64,000 nt of DNA from SAR324 cluster bacterium JCVI-SC AAA005 (GTDB lineage Bacteria; SAR324; NAC60-12), in contig AGAU01000064.1 of assembly GCA_000224765.2 (NCBI GenBank), forward strand, positions 12,508 to 76,507, written 5' to 3'. A program made the position numbers and the translations under genes. Below the pieces are notes generated by a model, which did no database searches, had not been told where the DNA came from, and saw only the letters and a list, made by a program, of their open reading frames with translations. Below are positions 20,998 through 30,641 of the stretch, piece after piece; within the stretch, counting starts at the first letter, position 1, and the number at the start of each line of letters is the position of its first letter.

Positions 20998-21876
20998 ATG
21001 GCTAAGGCTCTCCAGACCCTTGGCAGCCTTTCTGCCTTTTGGTTCATTTTCCCTTGCCTGCTAACGTTGATTTTTACTTCCGTCTACCCAGTAAGTTTCG
21101 GAATTATTGTTTCCCTGACCAATTGGAACTGGGGCAATCAACTCGACTACGTAGGATTTGAAAACTATCTAAATTTGTTATCAGATCCTGAGTTTTGGGT
21201 AGTTGTTGGTAATACAATCACTTTTGCAATTTCAGCGACTGCAATTGAGATCGCACTCGGATTCTATTTGGCGGTTCAGGTAGAAAAATTAAGGATTCCA
21301 ACTGAGTTGATTCGAGCAATGCTAATGCTGCCGCTTATGGTTTCAGGGATTGTAGTTGCTCTGATGTCAAAAGTTATGTTTGATCCCTTTCTGGGCATCA
21401 TCAATCATCTCATTCGTATTTTTGGAATTGGTCCCTCTGCATTTTATGGTGCCGCCAAAACAGCCATGTCATCAATTGTTGCAGTTGATGTTTGGTGGCA
21501 AACGGCATTTGTATTCGTCATCATGCTTGCAGGATTGCGGGGCTTGCCGAATGATCCGATTGAGGCTGCGCGGGTTGAAGGAGCAAGTGAATTCACTATT
21601 TTTTGGAAAATTCGTTTTCCAATACTGCGGTCGCTGCTTTTGACGGTAGTGATTATTCGCATCATCGATACCTTGAAAGTTTTTGATATCGTTTTTGGTA
21701 CCACCGGTGGAGGGCCAGGTCTTGCCACAGAAGTTGTACAAACCTTTGTCTATCGCACTGCCTATAGCTATCAGCAAATTGGGAAAGCGATGGCGACAAT
21801 GATCTTGTTTTCGTTACTAATTCTCTCGATTTCTATTGCACTTCAGTCTCTGCAAAGAAAAGTGGAGTCTAGTTGA
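20998..21876 (+). CDS. CUT1 ABC permease (MalF-like)
   Basis: VGFENY, EAARVEGAS and TGGGPG. Confidence 0.9.
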   Translation: MAKALQTLGSLSAFWFIFPCLLTLIFTSVYPVSFGIIVSLTNWNWGNQLDYVGFENYLNLLSDPEFWVVVGNTITFAISATAIEIALGFYLAVQVEKLRIPTELIRAMLMLPLMVSGIVVALMSKVMFDPFLGIINHLIRIFGIGPSAFYGAAKTAMSSIVAVDVWWQTAFVFVIMLAGLRGLPNDPIEAARVEGASEFTIFWKIRFPILRSLLLTVVIIRIIDTLKVFDIVFGTTGGGPGLATEVVQTFVYRTAYSYQQIGKAMATMILFSLLILSISIALQSLQRKVESS

Positions 21877-22712
21877 TGTGGCGTCAGACCATCCAGGCTC
21901 GCTTCTCCAAACTTTGGGCCTACCTATTCACGGGCAGCATGATTTTGTTCAGCCTGTTCCCGGTGTATTGGGTGTTGACGGTATCACTAAAATCAAAACG
22001 GGACAGCCTATCCAACCCACCTCTTTGGCTCTTTGAACCTGTAACATCAAGTTATACCAAAATCTGGAATCACGACACTTTCAAGGACACATTTTTCAAC
22101 TCAATAATCATCACCTTGATTGGAATTGCCCTTTCTTTGGCGATTGCGCTTCCCACAGCTTATGCCCTGGTACGGCTCAGGTTAAGGGGAAAAAATCTTG
22201 TGGGTATTTGGTTAATCTTAGCTTATATGCTGCCTGAATTTTTGTTTGTCCTGCCAATGTTTTCCCTTTATCAATGGACAGGTCTTTACGATACCCATCT
22301 TGGTCTGGCTCTGATGTACCAGGTTCACGTTTTGCCTTTGTCAATTTGGTTGCTCAGTTCCTTTTTCCGGGAAATCAATCCTGCCATTGATGAAGCGGCA
22401 CGAATTGAAGGTTGCTCCAATTGGCAAATTCTCACTCGCATCTATATCCCTTGCACCCTGCCCGGCTTGGTGGCGACAGCAATCCTCAATGCGATATGGA
22501 TCTGGAACGAGTTAGCAATAGCACTAGGGTTGACCTTTTCGAATGCCCAAACTGTAACGTTGGGGGTTACAAGCTTTAGAGGATATGCAGCACTCGATTG
22601 GGGAGCAATGACAGCAGCCTCGATTATTGCCATCATCCCAATGCTTTTGTTCGCTGCAGTTGCCCAGAAACATATTGTCAAGGGGCTAACCCTCGGCGCA
22701 GTCAAAGGATAA
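21873..22712 (+). CDS. CUT1 ABC permease (MalG-like)
   Basis: EAARIEGCS, WNE and C-terminal GLTLGAVKG. Confidence 0.9.
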   Translation: MMWRQTIQARFSKLWAYLFTGSMILFSLFPVYWVLTVSLKSKRDSLSNPPLWLFEPVTSSYTKIWNHDTFKDTFFNSIIITLIGIALSLAIALPTAYALVRLRLRGKNLVGIWLILAYMLPEFLFVLPMFSLYQWTGLYDTHLGLALMYQVHVLPLSIWLLSSFFREINPAIDEAARIEGCSNWQILTRIYIPCTLPGLVATAILNAIWIWNELAIALGLTFSNAQTVTLGVTSFRGYAALDWGAMTAASIIAIIPMLLFAAVAQKHIVKGLTLGAVKG

Positions 22713-22719
22713 TTTCAAA

Positions 22720-23760
22720 ATGCCTTTTCAAGAAAATAACATCACCCACTTTCCCATCATCTTTGGACGTAATCTTTTAGCAGAATTAGATGGTTTTGTG
22801 TTACCAAAGATGCTGGTGGTAACGATGGAAGATTTATGGCCAATTTTTGAAAAAATGCTACCCCGAAGTGCTGAAGTTTATTTTGTGAAAACCCTAGAAC
22901 GTAGTGAATTGGAAACAGAACTTCTCAAGTTTGGCCATATTTCGTCATTTGTCGGGCTTGGTGGGGGCCAAGCGATTGATGTGGCTAAGTATTTCTCTTG
23001 GCGGCTCACCAAACCACTGTTTCAATTTCCCACCTCCCTCTCAGTCGATGCTGTGTTTGGTCATCGGGCTGGAGTTCGTAAAAAAAGCATTGTGCGTTAT
23101 GTTGGCTGGGCAATTCCGCAATCAATTTATATCGATTATGGGATTATTGATGCTGCTCCAAGATTACTGAATATTGGTGGAATCGGGGACATCTTCTGTT
23201 TTTATACGGGTGTGATGGACTGGAAATATGCAGCAACTTTGGGGAAATGCGAAAAACGTTGGCCTTATGATGAAAGCCTTGCCCAAATTTCGTTCAAAAA
23301 AGCTGAAACTGCACTAAATTCCTTATCAGAAATCAAGAATCTCACGCCTCGAGGAATTGAAATCATGGTTGATGCTCTGAAGTGGGGAGGCGCTTCCTAT
23401 CACGCTGCTGGGTGGAATCCACGGCATATCGAGGGTGTTGAGCATTTCATTTTTTATGCACTCGAAGCCCAGACTGGAAAGAAATTCCTTCATGGTCAGG
23501 CTGTTTGTTTGGGCTTGATTCTGGGATCCATGATGCACCAACAAAGAACTGAGGAGTTTTTGGAAGCTCTGGTGCAATTGTGCCTAGACATTCGTCCCTA
23601 CTCAATGGGGGTTAGCTGGAAAGATGTCAATTTAACCATGAAGAACCTTCGGGAATTTGTCCACCGTGAAAATCTACCATATGGGATAGCCAATGATTTT
23701 GAGGTCACGGATTCGTTTCTGAGCCACGCCAGAGAAAAGGTTGAAAGTGCCTTCGAGTAA
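22720..23760 (+). CDS. sn-glycerol-1-phosphate dehydrogenase (EgsA/AraM)-like oxidoreductase, paralog 1
   Basis: GLGGGQAIDVAK, PTSLSVD, GIGD, EGVEH and LHGQAV. Confidence 0.75.
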   Translation: MPFQENNITHFPIIFGRNLLAELDGFVLPKMLVVTMEDLWPIFEKMLPRSAEVYFVKTLERSELETELLKFGHISSFVGLGGGQAIDVAKYFSWRLTKPLFQFPTSLSVDAVFGHRAGVRKKSIVRYVGWAIPQSIYIDYGIIDAAPRLLNIGGIGDIFCFYTGVMDWKYAATLGKCEKRWPYDESLAQISFKKAETALNSLSEIKNLTPRGIEIMVDALKWGGASYHAAGWNPRHIEGVEHFIFYALEAQTGKKFLHGQAVCLGLILGSMMHQQRTEEFLEALVQLCLDIRPYSMGVSWKDVNLTMKNLREFVHRENLPYGIANDFEVTDSFLSHAREKVESAFE

Positions 23761-23842
23761 TTGCAACTAAATCTTAAAATGAATGAATCCCAGTCAAGAC
23801 TTTTTCAAATAACAAAATTGATGGCTTGCACAAGAAAGATGA

Positions 23843-24931
23843 TTGATGAGTGAAATACGATTTGTCAATGTGTCCAAACGTTATTTAGATTCGGTGGAGG
23901 TGATCAATTGTTTGAACCTTAAGGTGAAGGAGGGAGAGTTCATGGTCCTCGTGGGACCCTCTGGTTGTGCTAAATCAACTACTCTAAGGATGATCGCCGG
24001 ACTGGAGGATGTGACTTCGGGTGATCTTCTGATCGGAGGTCTACGTGCAAATGATTTAACTCCTGGTCAAAGGAATATCTCGATGGTGTTTCAATCCTAC
24101 GCGCTTTTTCCAAACATGACTGTTCGGGAAAATCTCTCTTTTGGCTTACAGATCCGCAAAACTTCAGGAAAAAAGGTACTGAGTGAAGTCGGGCGCATCG
24201 CTGGAATGCTAGGGTTGGAAGAATTGCTTGATCGAAAACCTAAGCAGCTTTCTGGTGGGCAAGCCCAGAGAGTTGCCTTGGGCAGAGCAATGATCCGTCG
24301 GCCCTCAGCCTTTCTATTTGATGAACCGCTCTCAAATCTTGATGCAGAACTTCGCGTACAGATGCGAAGTGAGATTTCCCAAATGCAACATGAATTAGAG
24401 ACCACAACGGTCTATGTAACTCATGACCAAGTTGAAGCGATGACGATGGGGGACCGGATAGCAGTGATGAATAAGGGGCAGGTACAACAAGTTGGGCCGC
24501 CGGTCGAACTTTATGAAAAACCGGCTAATCTGTTTGTCGCAGGCTTCATCGGCAGTCCCCGTATGAATCTTCATTCCAAAGAAAGGCTTCTTGAAGCTAG
24601 TGATCAAAATTTGGCAGTGTTGGATGAAAAGCTTGCAAAAGATACTGTTCTAGGGGTTCGTCCCGAACATGTTTTTTTACAAGCTGCTAAGCAGAAGGAT
24701 CTCTCTCTGGGGTTGGGTCGAGTTGAGCGGGTAGAGGATCTTGGACACGAAGCATTGGTGAAGCTAATTACTTCCAGTGGATTAGTGCTAACAGCAAGGA
24801 TTAATGGAGAAATCCGTCATCAAACTAGTTTGGGTGATCAAGTTCGAATTAGTATTCCGTTTCAACGACTTCATGCATTTTCATCTGGAACTGGCTTTAG
24901 TGTTCCTGAGTTCAACAGCTTCTCCAGATGA
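23843..24931 (+). CDS. MalK/UgpC-type ABC ATPase
   Basis: GPSGCAKST, LSGGQAQRVALGRA, DEPLSNLDA and GVRPEH. Confidence 0.92.
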   Translation: MMSEIRFVNVSKRYLDSVEVINCLNLKVKEGEFMVLVGPSGCAKSTTLRMIAGLEDVTSGDLLIGGLRANDLTPGQRNISMVFQSYALFPNMTVRENLSFGLQIRKTSGKKVLSEVGRIAGMLGLEELLDRKPKQLSGGQAQRVALGRAMIRRPSAFLFDEPLSNLDAELRVQMRSEISQMQHELETTTVYVTHDQVEAMTMGDRIAVMNKGQVQQVGPPVELYEKPANLFVAGFIGSPRMNLHSKERLLEASDQNLAVLDEKLAKDTVLGVRPEHVFLQAAKQKDLSLGLGRVERVEDLGHEALVKLITSSGLVLTARINGEIRHQTSLGDQVRISIPFQRLHAFSSGTGFSVPEFNSFSR

Positions 24932-24982
24932 TCTTCCAAAAGCTTTAAAAATTATAAAATTCTTCTCCCAAAAAATAAAAAA

Positions 24983-26041
24983 ATGCAGCATTTACGAAGT
25001 AAGGAAATCCCTTATGGCTTCCCAACAATTTTTGGTCGTGGGCTAATCGATGAGTTCAAGAATTTTATTAACCCTCCCTTCCTGGTTGTTACCATGGAGG
25101 ACTTATGGCCACTTTTTGGACACCACTTTGATGGAGCAGATTGCCAAACTTATTTCTGTAGCTCAATCGAGCAGGAGAATCTTAATCGTGAAGCCGAAAA
25201 TCTTGGCGAAATTCGAGCAATTGTAGGTCTTGGAGGAGGCCAAGCACTCGATGTCGCTAAGTATTTTAGTTGGCGAAAAAACCTCCCGCTCTTTCAGGCA
25301 CCCACAGCACTCTCCGTCAATGCGGTCTACGGGCAGCGATCTGGAATTCGCATTGATGGTAAGGTGGTCTATAGAGGCTGGGCAATCCCTCAATCAATTT
25401 ACATTGATTATGATGTCCTGGCATCCTGCCCTCCTGCTTTGAACTGGTCTGGAATCGGAGACATTCTTTGCTTTCATACTGGAGTTTTGGATTGGCGTTA
25501 TGCAGAGCGTGAAGGCAAGATCGAAGAAAAATGGCGATATGATGAAGCGCTCGCGCAACAATCATTAAGAAAAGTGAGGGGGATTGTTGAGAATATTGAC
25601 AACATACGGGTGATGAATGACCAGGGGATTGAGGCTTTAGTTGATGGTTTGAAGTGGGGAACAAGCTATCATGGTGCTGGCTGGTGTCCTAGACATATTG
25701 AGGGCACTGATCATTTCCTTTTTTACACTCTTGAAAAACTAACCGGAAAGAAGTTCTTGCATGGACAGCCTGTTGGACTGGGGGTGATTGTTGGATCAAT
25801 GCTTCATGAGGATGGAACTGAGGAAATGTTGGATACCATCTCAAGCATCGGGCTAGACATTCGGCCAGAAGCAATGGGACTTACCTGGGATCAACTGGTG
25901 GAGGGGCTAAAGCTTTTGCGAAGCTATGTGAACGAAGTTGGTCTCTGGCACTCCATCGCTCACGATGTAAACATCAGCGATGGTTTTATCACAGACCTGC
26001 AAAATCGGCTTAATCAGGCCTACCAGCACAAGAAGAGTTAG
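24983..26041 (+). CDS. EgsA/AraM-like oxidoreductase, paralog 2
   Basis: GLGGGQALDVAK, PTALSVN, GIGD, EGTDH and LHGQPV; colinear with paralog 1. Confidence 0.75.
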   Translation: MQHLRSKEIPYGFPTIFGRGLIDEFKNFINPPFLVVTMEDLWPLFGHHFDGADCQTYFCSSIEQENLNREAENLGEIRAIVGLGGGQALDVAKYFSWRKNLPLFQAPTALSVNAVYGQRSGIRIDGKVVYRGWAIPQSIYIDYDVLASCPPALNWSGIGDILCFHTGVLDWRYAEREGKIEEKWRYDEALAQQSLRKVRGIVENIDNIRVMNDQGIEALVDGLKWGTSYHGAGWCPRHIEGTDHFLFYTLEKLTGKKFLHGQPVGLGVIVGSMLHEDGTEEMLDTISSIGLDIRPEAMGLTWDQLVEGLKLLRSYVNEVGLWHSIAHDVNISDGFITDLQNRLNQAYQHKKS

Positions 26042-26067
26042 CTGCACTGATCACATTCAAAATTGAC

Positions 26068-27039
26068 TCAGCATACTGTTCTTTCATTGACCCACTCTCG
26101 GGATCTTTCCCAACGATCCCATGAAAGATCTGAGATGGGCTGCATTTCTAAAACAGCTTGTTCCAGATCCGCAAGTTCTCCGTGGCTGTGGAGCGCAAGA
26201 TCACAACCCACCTCCAAACATCGCTTAATTCTCTCGGGCATTGTTCCTGAAAGAGACTTCATGAAAAGACAGTCGGTGACAAGAACCCCCTTAAACCCAA
26301 TCCAATCACGAATGATCTCACTGATAATTTTGTTTGAAAGGGTCGCTGGCCATTTTTCATCCAGTTCGGGAAATAGAAGGTGACTGGTCATTCCCCATGG
26401 AAGATCAGACAGTATCTGAAAAGGTCGAAAATCCGATTTTTTCAAGAAATCTTCAGTCTCTCGCACAATCGGAAGCTCTTCATGAGGATCTACTGAAGCT
26501 CGTCCGTAGCCGGGTAGGTGCTTGACCGTTGGAATGACCCCTGCCTCACTTAGCCCGTTAGCACAAGCGCGTGCAAACTTGGCGACATGCTTCGGATCTG
26601 AAGCAAAAGCACGATCTCCAATCACTTCATGAGCATCGGGTATCAGTAAATCCGCGACAGGAGCTGCATTAACGGTAATACCCAACTCCTTTAATCCTTT
26701 GCCAAGGCGCCAATAATTTTGGTGAATCCTTTTTTGGATAATAACCTCGCTCCCACCTTCTTCAACAAGTGATCTTGCAGAAGGGTAACGCTTCCATTTA
26801 GGTTGTGGCAATCTTTGAACCCGCCCCCCTTCCTCATCAATCAAGATGGCAAGATCATCACGATCACAGACTTCGTGAAATTGATAAACCAACCGCTTTA
26901 TTTGCTTTGGCTCCTTCAGGTTTCTTGCAAAGAGAATGAAGCCAAAGGGAGAGACTCTTCGAAAAAAATCAGCCCATTCTTTCTCAACTTCCAAACCTGG
27001 AATACCAAAAATAATGGGAAGTACTGGTTTTTGATCCAT
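26068..27039 (-). CDS. nagZ: GH3 beta-N-acetylhexosaminidase
   Basis: DEEGGRVQR, APVAD, KHLPGYG...DPH and TDCL.M. Confidence 0.9.
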   Translation of the reverse strand: MDQKPVLPIIFGIPGLEVEKEWADFFRRVSPFGFILFARNLKEPKQIKRLVYQFHEVCDRDDLAILIDEEGGRVQRLPQPKWKRYPSARSLVEEGGSEVIIQKRIHQNYWRLGKGLKELGITVNAAPVADLLIPDAHEVIGDRAFASDPKHVAKFARACANGLSEAGVIPTVKHLPGYGRASVDPHEELPIVRETEDFLKKSDFRPFQILSDLPWGMTSHLLFPELDEKWPATLSNKIISEIIRDWIGFKGVLVTDCLFMKSLSGTMPERIKRCLEVGCDLALHSHGELADLEQAVLEMQPISDLSWDRWERSREWVNERTVC

Positions 27040-27205
27040 GAATTGGAAACTCTAAAATGAATGAAAAGAGCAGGTTGGGGCACTTTGGGAAACATTACAG
27101 AGGCATCCCATTCATTGAGCGGAGGCCACAGATATCTTAAAACAATAAAACATAGAATAAATTTAGCAACTTCTGGCCCTTCAAAAAAAAGTTGTCTGAT
27201 GAATC

Positions 27206-27280
27206 GAGTTGTTGTACCTTCCCGCCTGCGATTAAGAGGTGCTCAAAGACACAACTGTGGTCTTTGAGCAAATACGACTT
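27206..27280 (+). promoter_or_regulatory. Structured 5' leader of the ngcE-like operon
   Basis: Strong hairpin tgctcaaagac/gtctttgagca at 27240-27270, enclosed by a possible outer stem gagttgt/acgactt. Confidence 0.35.
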
Positions 27281-27324
27281 TGGTGAGGAATTTTTTCTCG
27301 CCTCATCTGTTCATTGGAGCTCAC

Positions 27325-28722
27325 ATGAAAAAATCGGAAATTTCACGAAGACGCTTTATTGAATACACGGGTGCAGCAGGTATGGGTATTGGCCTCAGTT
27401 CGGTCTTGCCTCAGATTTCACTTGCCAAAACGGGCATCAAGGTAGCTTCAGGTGCAGCAAATCCTTTGGGATTGGCATCAAACACCCAGGCTGAGGGCGT
27501 TTTCTTCAGTGGTGGATTCGGACACGCGTACATTGAATATGCTGCTGAAATATTTGGAGAAGTTCATCCTGGCAGTAGCATGTCGGTGGAGGGAATACAG
27601 CGAGTTGGAGAACGCTTACGGCCAAGAATCATTGCGGGGAATCCACCTGATGTAATTGACAACAGTGGTGCTGGAAACCTCGATACGGGAGCACTGGTTG
27701 GAGAAGGGGAATTGATGGATCTTGGACCACTGATGTCAGCGACAGCTCTTGATACTCCTGGCAAAACATTTGGGGAGACCTTGTTTCCAGGGTCACAAAA
27801 TTCTGGTCTTTTCGACGGCGTACAGCGATATGTGAATATTGCCTTCACAGTTTTTGGAGTATGGCACAGCAAGTCTCTATTCGATGAGAAGGGCTGGAAT
27901 TACCCAACAACCTGGGATGGAATGCTCTCACTTTGCGACACTATCAAAACTTCTGGTATTGCACCATGGACTTACCAAGGAAAGTATCCTCAATACATGC
28001 TGTTTGGTCTCTTAGAGCCAATTGTTTCCAAGATTGGTGGACCACAAATTTGGAAAGATGTTGATAACTTAGTTCCTAGTGCTTGGGAACACCCTGCTAT
28101 GTTGCAAGCGCTGAACATGATGAAGGCCTTGCATGATAACGGTTATATCATGGAAGGTACTCCTGGATTGACCCACACAGAATCTCAGGCGGAGTGGTTA
28201 CAGAATAAGGCGGCCTTCATTCCGTGTGGGACCTGGCTGGAAAATGAAATGCGAAGTATTACCCCAGGTGGATTTAATATGGTCATCAAGCCTGTACCTT
28301 CTGATGATGCTTCCAGATTAAGCTGGATTGATGCGAGTTCTGGTGAGCCATTCATGGTCTTTTCCAATGGGAAAAATCCAGTTGCGGGTATGGAGTTTTT
28401 ACGCTGCTTGCTGAGCAAGGAGTCAGCGAAGTGGTTCGCACAGAATGTTGGTTCAATCATGCCTGTGGTAGGTGGAGCAGAGGGTGTGGATCTGAGTTCT
28501 GCAATGACCTCTGCACTTGCTGCAGTGGATAATGCAGGACCTAACATCTTAGACAGACCATCCTTCCCAGGCTGGTACTCTGATATCTACAGCGAAGTCA
28601 AGGACAGCATGGGGGCACTACTGACTGGACGTGCAAGTGCAGAAGAATTTATCGAGCGAGTTCAAGGTGCTTCTGACGATGTTCGTGAAGATGAAGACAT
28701 TGTTAAGTTTAAGAGAACCTAA
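27325..28722 (+). CDS. ngcE: NgcE-like GlcNAc/chitobiose ABC substrate-binding protein, Tat-exported
   Basis: SRRRFI Tat motif; F.GGFG..Y, GNPPDVIDNSGA, WTYQGKYP.Y, HTESQ..W and FIPCGTWLENE, as in Streptomyces NgcE-type proteins. Confidence 0.8.
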   Translation: MKKSEISRRRFIEYTGAAGMGIGLSSVLPQISLAKTGIKVASGAANPLGLASNTQAEGVFFSGGFGHAYIEYAAEIFGEVHPGSSMSVEGIQRVGERLRPRIIAGNPPDVIDNSGAGNLDTGALVGEGELMDLGPLMSATALDTPGKTFGETLFPGSQNSGLFDGVQRYVNIAFTVFGVWHSKSLFDEKGWNYPTTWDGMLSLCDTIKTSGIAPWTYQGKYPQYMLFGLLEPIVSKIGGPQIWKDVDNLVPSAWEHPAMLQALNMMKALHDNGYIMEGTPGLTHTESQAEWLQNKAAFIPCGTWLENEMRSITPGGFNMVIKPVPSDDASRLSWIDASSGEPFMVFSNGKNPVAGMEFLRCLLSKESAKWFAQNVGSIMPVVGGAEGVDLSSAMTSALAAVDNAGPNILDRPSFPGWYSDIYSEVKDSMGALLTGRASAEEFIERVQGASDDVREDEDIVKFKRT

Positions 28723-28796
28723 CGATTGAGAACATTGTCTCAAAAAAGTTTCTCTAAAATCCTCTAACTTTGTATGAATTGCTAAGATAGTTCACA

Positions 28797-28831
28797 TGGC
28801 AGTTGGAACGATCCGCTGATTCCAGCTGCCA
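28797..28831. terminator. Intercistronic hairpin after the SBP gene
   Basis: tggcagttggaa...ttccagctgcca stem. Confidence 0.55.
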
Positions 28832-28887
28832 ACCTCCCTTCCTCTGTCGAGGAAATACCTGATCCTCATGATTGAACAGACTCCGTT

Positions 28888-29763
28888 ATGCGTCGTAACA
28901 AGTACGGGATCATCCTCCCTTTTCTAGCTCCTGCACTTATTCTCTATAGCCTATTCGTAATCTATCCATACTCACAGGCAATGTATGTGGCCTTTACAAA
29001 ATGGAAAGGCCTTAGAAAGTCTCCGAGATTTGTAGGTCTAGATAACTTTGAAAAAATGCTTGGTGATGATAAATTTTGGAACGCACTCTCCAACAATCTG
29101 ATTTATCTCTTTGTTTTACCAATTGTTACGCTTGGTTTTGCACTGTTCATGGCCTTCATGATTTCACAAAAGGTGCGCTTCAATAATTTTTATCGGGTTA
29201 CCTATTTTTTCCCTCAAGTGATGTCAGTGGTAGCTATCGGAATTCTCTGGAGTTTTGTTTATCATCCAACCATCGGCATCTTTAGTTCACTACTAAAAGC
29301 GGTAGGAATTAAGAATCCTCCTGTTTGGCTTGGCGATCCTGATACAGCTCTCTGGTCAATCGTGGCGGTAACGGTATGGCAGTCGGCAGGCTTTTTTATG
29401 GTGATTTTCATGGCGGGTATGCTCTCAATACCAAAATCACTTTATGAAGCTGCAGCACTTGATGGGGCAGGTAGAGGGGCAACTTTTTTTCGAATTACTT
29501 TCCCTTTGCTTTGGGAAAACACTCGTTCCTCGCTCGTTTTTATCACTGTAATAGCGATGGATATGTTTGGCATTACCTTCACGATGACTCAGGGGGGGCC
29601 GGACCGTTCCACTGATGTGCTGGCCACTCTTTTGTACGAGCACGCTTTCTTACATAGTCGTTTTGGGTATGCCACAAGTATAGCGATGGTTTACTTCATC
29701 ATAGTAATCGTGCTGACATTACTAATTTTCCGCGTAACGCGGCGAGAGACGATTGAATTTTAG
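28888..29763 (+). CDS. Amino-sugar ABC permease (NgcF-like)
   Basis: FVGLDNF, YEAAALDGA and GGPDRSTDV. Confidence 0.88.
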   Translation: MRRNKYGIILPFLAPALILYSLFVIYPYSQAMYVAFTKWKGLRKSPRFVGLDNFEKMLGDDKFWNALSNNLIYLFVLPIVTLGFALFMAFMISQKVRFNNFYRVTYFFPQVMSVVAIGILWSFVYHPTIGIFSSLLKAVGIKNPPVWLGDPDTALWSIVAVTVWQSAGFFMVIFMAGMLSIPKSLYEAAALDGAGRGATFFRITFPLLWENTRSSLVFITVIAMDMFGITFTMTQGGPDRSTDVLATLLYEHAFLHSRFGYATSIAMVYFIIVIVLTLLIFRVTRRETIEF

Positions 29764-29771
29764 GAATTAGC

Positions 29772-30608
29772 ATGTACAAAGTGAGCCGCTGGTCAGCTGT
29801 TTCTACGCAAACGGTGTTGGTTGGATGGGCAGTGATAGTGATTTTTCCGATGATCTGGATGATCTATAGTTCCTTCAAGACTGATCAGGAATTGTTCTTC
29901 AGTCCATGGGCCCCTCCAATGGAATTACAGTGGGATAACTTCGCTAGAGCGTGGACAAAAGCTCATGTGGGAGATTATCTTCTAAATACCCTGATTGTTG
30001 TTATTCCTGCTCTGCTATTGACGTTAATTATTTCTGCAATGGCAGCTTATGTCTTGGCGCGGTTTGAATTTGTTGGTCGGCGTTTCCTATTTTACATGTT
30101 TCTTTCTGGAATGCTTTTTCCAGTATTCCTTGCCCTGATACCGCTCTTTAACTTGGTAAATCAATTGAAGATGCTTAACACCTTCCACGGGTTGATTTTA
30201 GTTTACATCGCCTACTCTCTACCCTTCACCATTTTTTTTCTGACAGGCTTCTTCAAGACCCTTCCTACTGAGATCGAAGAATCAGCGATTATGGACGGTG
30301 CTAATCCTTACCAAGTGTTCTTCAAGGTGATGTTGCCAATGGCTTCTCCAGGATTAATCAGCATGGGTATTTTTAACTTTTTGGGGATGTGGAACCAGTA
30401 TGTTTTGCCCTTGGTATTAATCAGTGATGAGAGTAAATATATGCTCTCACAAGGTTTGGCTTTTATGCTGTTCAAGCAATTCTACGAGAATGACTGGAGT
30501 GCTTTGTTTGCAGCGTTAACGATCATTATGGTCCCTACTTTAATTGTATATATAACTTTTCAAAAACAGATTCAAGATGGTATCACGACAGGTGCCCTAA
30601 AAGGTTGA
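29772..30608 (+). CDS. Amino-sugar ABC permease (NgcG-like)
   Basis: SSFKT, EESAIMDGA, WNQY and GALKG. Confidence 0.88.
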   Translation: MYKVSRWSAVSTQTVLVGWAVIVIFPMIWMIYSSFKTDQELFFSPWAPPMELQWDNFARAWTKAHVGDYLLNTLIVVIPALLLTLIISAMAAYVLARFEFVGRRFLFYMFLSGMLFPVFLALIPLFNLVNQLKMLNTFHGLILVYIAYSLPFTIFFLTGFFKTLPTEIEESAIMDGANPYQVFFKVMLPMASPGLISMGIFNFLGMWNQYVLPLVLISDESKYMLSQGLAFMLFKQFYENDWSALFAALTIIMVPTLIVYITFQKQIQDGITTGALKG

Positions 30609-30641
30609 TGATACTAATTTTACTTACTTTATGGAAATTGA

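Noticed and set aside
22720-26041. Archaeal-type ether lipid biosynthesis
   Set aside because: No GGGP or DGGGP synthase in the window; the genes sit inside an import operon, which points to catabolism
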